Assembly (NCBI GenBank): GCA_040754455.1 | Contig: JBFMCP010000025.1 | Location: forward strand, 1 to 49,909 | Reading direction: 5' to 3' | Source of the DNA: Nitrospirota bacterium | Lineage (GTDB): Bacteria > Nitrospirota > Thermodesulfovibrionia > Thermodesulfovibrionales > Dissulfurispiraceae | Length of the DNA stretch: 49,909 bases | In this document: positions 46,002 to 49,909 of the stretch, piece by piece | Layout of the letters: the number at the start of each line of letters is the position of its first letter | Numbering within the stretch: position 1 is the stretch's first letter | Notes under the pieces: model-generated | What the model saw: only the letters and a program-made list of their open reading frames with translations | Database searches by the model: none | Told to the model about the DNA's origin: nothing | Position numbers and translations under genes: made by a program

Positions 46002-47249
46002 CTATCGCAGTAACTTATAGTCGGCCTCGAATGAACTGAACAGATCGAGATGTTGTTCGACGAGCCTGGTGAGCAGAAAGCGCTCCTTCACTGTTTCCCG
46101 TGCTTTGTGGCCCAGCGCTCTCCTGAGGTCTTCATTCCTGAGGAGCGCAACTATCCGCTCCGCCGCCTCCTGAACGGAGGAGACGAGAAAGCCGTTGACA
46201 CCGTCGTTGATCTGGTGGCGGATCCCTCCGGTTTTTCCTCCAATGACGGCTGTCCCCTTCCACATAGCCTCGGCAACAGTGAGGCCGAAGCCTTCGCAGA
46301 TCGACTTCTGGAGGACCACCGCCGCACGCCGCTGCAGCGCATTGACGAGGGCGGTATCCTGGTGGCTGAGAATAATGATGCGATCCTCTTTGTGCTGAAG
46401 GAGCGTCTCATAGACTTCCTCGCCTTCCGGATCATCCGTAGCCACATTCCCCAGCAGCACAAGGGTGCAGTCAACCTCTTTTCTCGCTATCTTGAAGGCC
46501 TCAATAACGCCTTCGGGATCTTTCCAGCGGTCGAACCGCGACACCTGTACTACCAGCGGGAGATCGGACGGAATGTTGTAGTGATTGAGGCGCTCGTCGA
46601 TATCCTGATCGCTGAGCTCCTTGTTCTTGATCGAAAAGGGGTTGATGGCAGGCAGGAAGAACACCTGTGGCGTCTGCAGTTTCCGCCGATACTCTTCGAG
46701 ACTCAGCACCACCGCATCATATTTTTCGATAAAAGGTTCGAGATACGACCACAGCTCAGGATGCGGGTTCGACAGATCGACATGGCAGCGCCATATCCAC
46801 GGACCCCGTTTTCGGTAGTGGTTGATCATGGGAAGAGGCTGAGGATCATGAATAACGACGATATCATGGTGCAGGTGATTGCGCACCGCGTTTTCGTAGA
46901 TGACATCCTCGTAGATCTCCATTTTGAGCTTGCTCAGGTTGATCTTGCCTCCCTGAAGGGCGTTATGCATTTTCTTGGTGATACTGAAAAAGTCAGGTGA
47001 GCCCTGGATCACTCTCCAGCCGGTCTTGATCGACAGGCTGTTCATGAGGAGGATTAGAGAAGACAGGAGCTCTGCTACCCCTCCACCGTAATAGGTGGAG
47101 TTGATATGCGCTACATGGAGGTCCCGGAGGGGCCTCGATTTCTTGATGATGCGCTCAACCACTTCGGGGCCGATATAGCGCTCGTAGTCTTCCACTTTAA
47201 TGAGCGGATGGTGTCCTATTATGTCTGCTGCTCCTGAAGGTGAGGACAA
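46002..47249 (-). CDS. treT: GT4 glycosyltransferase, trehalose synthase TreT-like
   Basis: INSTYYGGGVAELL, TKKMHNALQG, IHDPQP, WRCHVD, VSRFDRWKDP and EGFGLTVAEAMWKG. Confidence 0.85.
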   Translation of the reverse strand: MSSPSGAADIIGHHPLIKVEDYERYIGPEVVERIIKKSRPLRDLHVAHINSTYYGGGVAELLSSLILLMNSLSIKTGWRVIQGSPDFFSITKKMHNALQGGKINLSKLKMEIYEDVIYENAVRNHLHHDIVVIHDPQPLPMINHYRKRGPWIWRCHVDLSNPHPELWSYLEPFIEKYDAVVLSLEEYRRKLQTPQVFFLPAINPFSIKNKELSDQDIDERLNHYNIPSDLPLVVQVSRFDRWKDPEGVIEAFKIARKEVDCTLVLLGNVATDDPEGEEVYETLLQHKEDRIIILSHQDTALVNALQRRAAVVLQKSICEGFGLTVAEAMWKGTAVIGGKTGGIRHQINDGVNGFLVSSVQEAAERIVALLRNEDLRRALGHKARETVKERFLLTRLVEQHLDLFSSFEADYKLLR

Positions 47250-47284
47250 TTCAGAAGAATGCTCTCAACAGTATGACGACTTCT

Positions 47285-47322
47285 CCTAATTAAAGTGTAA
47301 TGCGAATCCAAAAAGATTGCAT
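47285..47322 (-). promoter_or_regulatory. Putative promoter of the treT-like gene
   Basis: ATGCAA-17-TACACT-TTAATTAGG. Confidence 0.45.
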
Positions 47323-47596
47323 CACCTGTGATCCAGAACTCATGCTTAGTGCTGCAGAAGAACTCCTGTGCAAGCCCAAACATTCGAAGTCCTGTAGCTG
47401 GAAAGGATTGATTCTACACGCCGAGTCAATCAGCCCTCTCTATCCGCCCCGTTCTTCACTCCTTTATCTGGCACTCCTCCTCCTGCCATTTTGAATTTGC
47501 TTTGACCTTCATTTTGAGGGTGGGACAGGCTTCTGCTATCGGGAGAACATGGCCGGAAACATACATTAGAGAACGCAGAGAGAACCACTGAGCCTG

Positions 47597-48336
47597 TTAT
47601 TTCCTTGCAAGAAAGATTGTTCTGCCGATGGAAAGGTGCCCAGGCATCTTCAGATCACGTCGGGCGTCGCAAAGAGTGACCTCCCTAAACCCGCACTGCT
47701 GCAATGCAGACTTCACCTCTTTTGGCGAATGACACTTCTGGTAGAGCATGGCATCCGAGCGTCTCCAGTTCCCTTCCAGGTGGAACATGGTAAGCCTGGT
47801 AATTCCGATTTTTTTACGGCGATCATAGTCACCGCTGATGATGCAGACATTATCATTCTTGATGATGGATGTAGATTTGTGCCATTGGGTCTCAAAAGCC
47901 TCCTCCATGTTCAGATCGAAGAGGAAATAGCCGCCTTCTTTCAGGACTTCGAAAACATTCCTGAATACTCTGTTCAGGTCTTCTGTGGTCAGTATATGAT
48001 TCATGCTGTCAAAGGTGGAAACTGCGGCATCAAAGAACGGCGAGATTTCGAACTCCCGCGCATCTGCTGTGATAAACTCTCCATCGGGCACTCTCTTTTT
48101 TGCATACGAGAGCATTTCTGATGAGCCGTCGATCCCGACCACGGTGAAACCGCAGGATACCGACGCCTGCGCCAGATGCCCCGTGCCGCAGCAAAGGTCG
48201 AGGAGGCGACTACCATCGGGCAACCCGGAGAATAAAATCTTTTGAGGATAAAGAGCGACTGCTCATAAAAATCGAAATAAGTATCATAGAACCAGACAAG
48301 GGGACTGTAGGCGTCACTTCTCGTGGTGTCCAGCAT
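47597..48336 (-). pseudogene. Class I SAM-dependent methyltransferase, frameshifted near 48240
   Basis: The N-terminus (DAYSPLVWFYD) is in one frame and motif I (LLDLCCGTG) in another. One base is missing at CTCAAAAGATT. Confidence 0.75.
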
Positions 48337-48563
48337 ACATAACCTCTGTTTAAAAAGATGGTTGGTACTACGGCGATGGAACTGCTCCAGGCAGGCAGCT
48401 CTGTCCTGTGTATCTGGGTGTAATCAGGGGGAAATCTCATCATCTGATATCATCATTTTAAGGAGTCGCAGTGCTATATTCAACTCTGATGGCAGAGATT
48501 TCCCTGTGTGCTGAAACGTCGCATCTCTCGACAAGATTTTTCCGATTATGTGGCCAAAAATGG

Positions 48564-48602
48564 TTGACATAGTGGCTTCAAATAAAATAAAATGTAACTA
48601 CA
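48564..48602 (+). promoter_or_regulatory. TA operon promoter with operator-like palindrome
   Basis: TTGACA-18-TAAAAT, overlapped by the near-palindrome TGTAACTACA. Confidence 0.55.
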
Positions 48603-48623
48603 AATAATCGAGAGGTAACCATA

Positions 48624-48884
48624 ATGGAAGCGGTGGGAATTAGAGAGCTGAAGGCGAAATTGAGTTGCTATGTGGAGAAGGCCCGAAAGGGCGAACGGAT
48701 TATTATTACTGACCACGGCGAAGAGGTAGCCATGATCGTGCCGCTCTCAAAGGAACGAAAGGTAATCAAGTCTCTTGCGGAAGCGGGGAAGGTCCGCTGG
48801 ACGGGTGGGAAACCCAAAGGGACGGAGGGGATTACCATAAAGGGCAAGCCGCTGTCGGAGACCATCCTGGAGGAGCGTCGATGA
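48624..48884 (+). CDS. Phd/YefM family antitoxin
   Basis: VGIRELKAKLS.YV..ARKGERIIITDHG; ATGA overlap with the PIN gene. Confidence 0.9.
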   Translation: MEAVGIRELKAKLSCYVEKARKGERIIITDHGEEVAMIVPLSKERKVIKSLAEAGKVRWTGGKPKGTEGITIKGKPLSETILEERR

Positions 48885-49306
48885 TCCTCTACTTGGGGAC
48901 GAGCAGCCTTGTGAAGCTCTATGTGCAAGAGCCTTATTCTGACCTGGTAAAGGAATGGGTTCAAGAGGCCGAAATCGTAGCCACCTGCCGTGTCGCCTAC
49001 ACCGAAATCATAGCCGCTCTCGACATACGGTTCAACAGCAGGGATCTGACCAAGAGCGACTATGATCTGCTGGTTAAGGAAATCTCCCGTGACTGGACTA
49101 ATTTTGCCATTGTTGACTTCAATGAGGTTGAGGCCGCTCAGCTGGTTAAGAAGTATGGGCTGCGACGCTTCGATGCGATTCACCTGTCCGCCGCCAAGCT
49201 TATAAAAAAGGCGCATAAGGATATTTCAGTAGCATTTTCCTCTGCTGAAGAAAATTTGTGCAAGGCCGCAGCAGCGGAAGGTCTGAGGGTTCTGCGCCTT
49301 GGCTAG
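48881..49306 (+). CDS. vapC: VapC/PIN-domain toxin (degenerate active site)
   Basis: ILYL(G)TSSLVKLY.QE, YTE, LRRFDAIHLSAA and AAAAEGL. Confidence 0.85.
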   Translation: MILYLGTSSLVKLYVQEPYSDLVKEWVQEAEIVATCRVAYTEIIAALDIRFNSRDLTKSDYDLLVKEISRDWTNFAIVDFNEVEAAQLVKKYGLRRFDAIHLSAAKLIKKAHKDISVAFSSAEENLCKAAAAEGLRVLRLG

Positions 49307-49748
49307 AAAGAGAAATAAAATAATAATGTTCTTATTTCTTCTTTATTTTGTTTCCTATATTATTTCTCCTCTATCGTATACTTTCGCGGACAATCGTCCC
49401 AACCCGTCCTTTACATGGATCAAGCCGGTCGTCGACAGTTTCACAACAGCTACGAAAAGTATAAGGATCTTTCTGTGGGATACGCTCTATTCAAACCTTG
49501 TCCAGAAGGAGACTGGTTCTAATGCACCGCCAACCATCAGCTTTTTAATAAAAAAGAAGCGTGCCGTTGTCCGAGCGAATTCCCCTCTCAAACCACTACC
49601 TGTAGAATACGGATCTGGAGAAATTGGTGTTCCGCAGTTATCTATCTTTGATGCCATAAGTACAGTAGCTTATTGTCCTAGAGTAACATCATACAAGTAT
49701 TTCTATTTAGAGCCATCAGGACTTTCTCCTCCTTCCTCACTAGCATAA
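49299..49748 (+). CDS. Hypothetical exported/membrane protein ending in SGLSPP (start 49299 or 49326)
   Basis: N-terminal hydrophobic segment, FLIKKKRA and C-terminal SGLSPP. Confidence 0.6.
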   Translation: MARKRNKIIMFLFLLYFVSYIISPLSYTFADNRPNPSFTWIKPVVDSFTTATKSIRIFLWDTLYSNLVQKETGSNAPPTISFLIKKKRAVVRANSPLKPLPVEYGSGEIGVPQLSIFDAISTVAYCPRVTSYKYFYLEPSGLSPPSSLA

Positions 49749-49909
49749 CGTGCTACTGGCACTGTGCTTGTGTTTTTTACAAGGTAGTGTAAAGTTTCTT
49801 GTGTAAATTGCTGAGGGGAGCAAAAAAGGGCACACCTCCAATAAAATAGTTACGCCAATAACACTTTTATTGAGGAGGAGCACCCTTGGAAATCAGAATC
49901 AGTGTACCA

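Noticed and set aside
49741..49772. Sigma-54 promoter TGGCACTGTGCTTGT
   Set aside because: The -24 box is perfect but -12 reads GT rather than GC, and the downstream gene is outside the window; left uncalled.

Overview
Bacterial chromosomal window, probably from an anaerobic Gram-negative organism of Nitrospirota/Desulfobacterota type (inferred from gene content only). (1) 1-6.9 kb: a putative RiPP signalling locus. It contains a TonB-dependent receptor (truncated at the window edge), an unannotated 33-aa Cys-Cys precursor peptide (847-948), a radical SAM/SPASM maturase, a periplasmic binding protein, a HAMP histidine kinase and a sigma-54 response regulator. Directly downstream are a tandem palindromic enhancer and a -24/-12 promoter. 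(2) 7.3-20.3 kb: mostly core genes: an IorAB-type molybdoenzyme with XdhC/MocA and a metallophosphoesterase, mutL, murA, rel/spoT, and a J-domain protein with MshEN-like repeats divergent from a sigma-54-driven GGDEF gene. (3) At 20304-20330 a 3' fragment of tRNA-Sec (probable att scar) is followed by a decayed RelE/IS3/AI-2E junction. (4) 21.9-47.3 kb: a general-stress-type cluster (YihY, DUF1622, two PRC-barrel proteins, MscS, DUF2254, DUF421, S2P-CBS, TreT-like) whose intergenic regions share a promoter motif. It contains four dispersed, unannotated basic Pro-rich PPGVP microproteins, and an HpxW/YwrD-like GGT operon with three LctP permeases, each followed by its own small two-TM gene. (5) 47.6-49.9 kb: a frameshifted methyltransferase, a Phd-VapC pair with a degenerate PIN site, and a hypothetical protein. 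No CRISPR array, rRNA or intact tRNA was seen. All family assignments come from motif recognition by eye, not from database searches.
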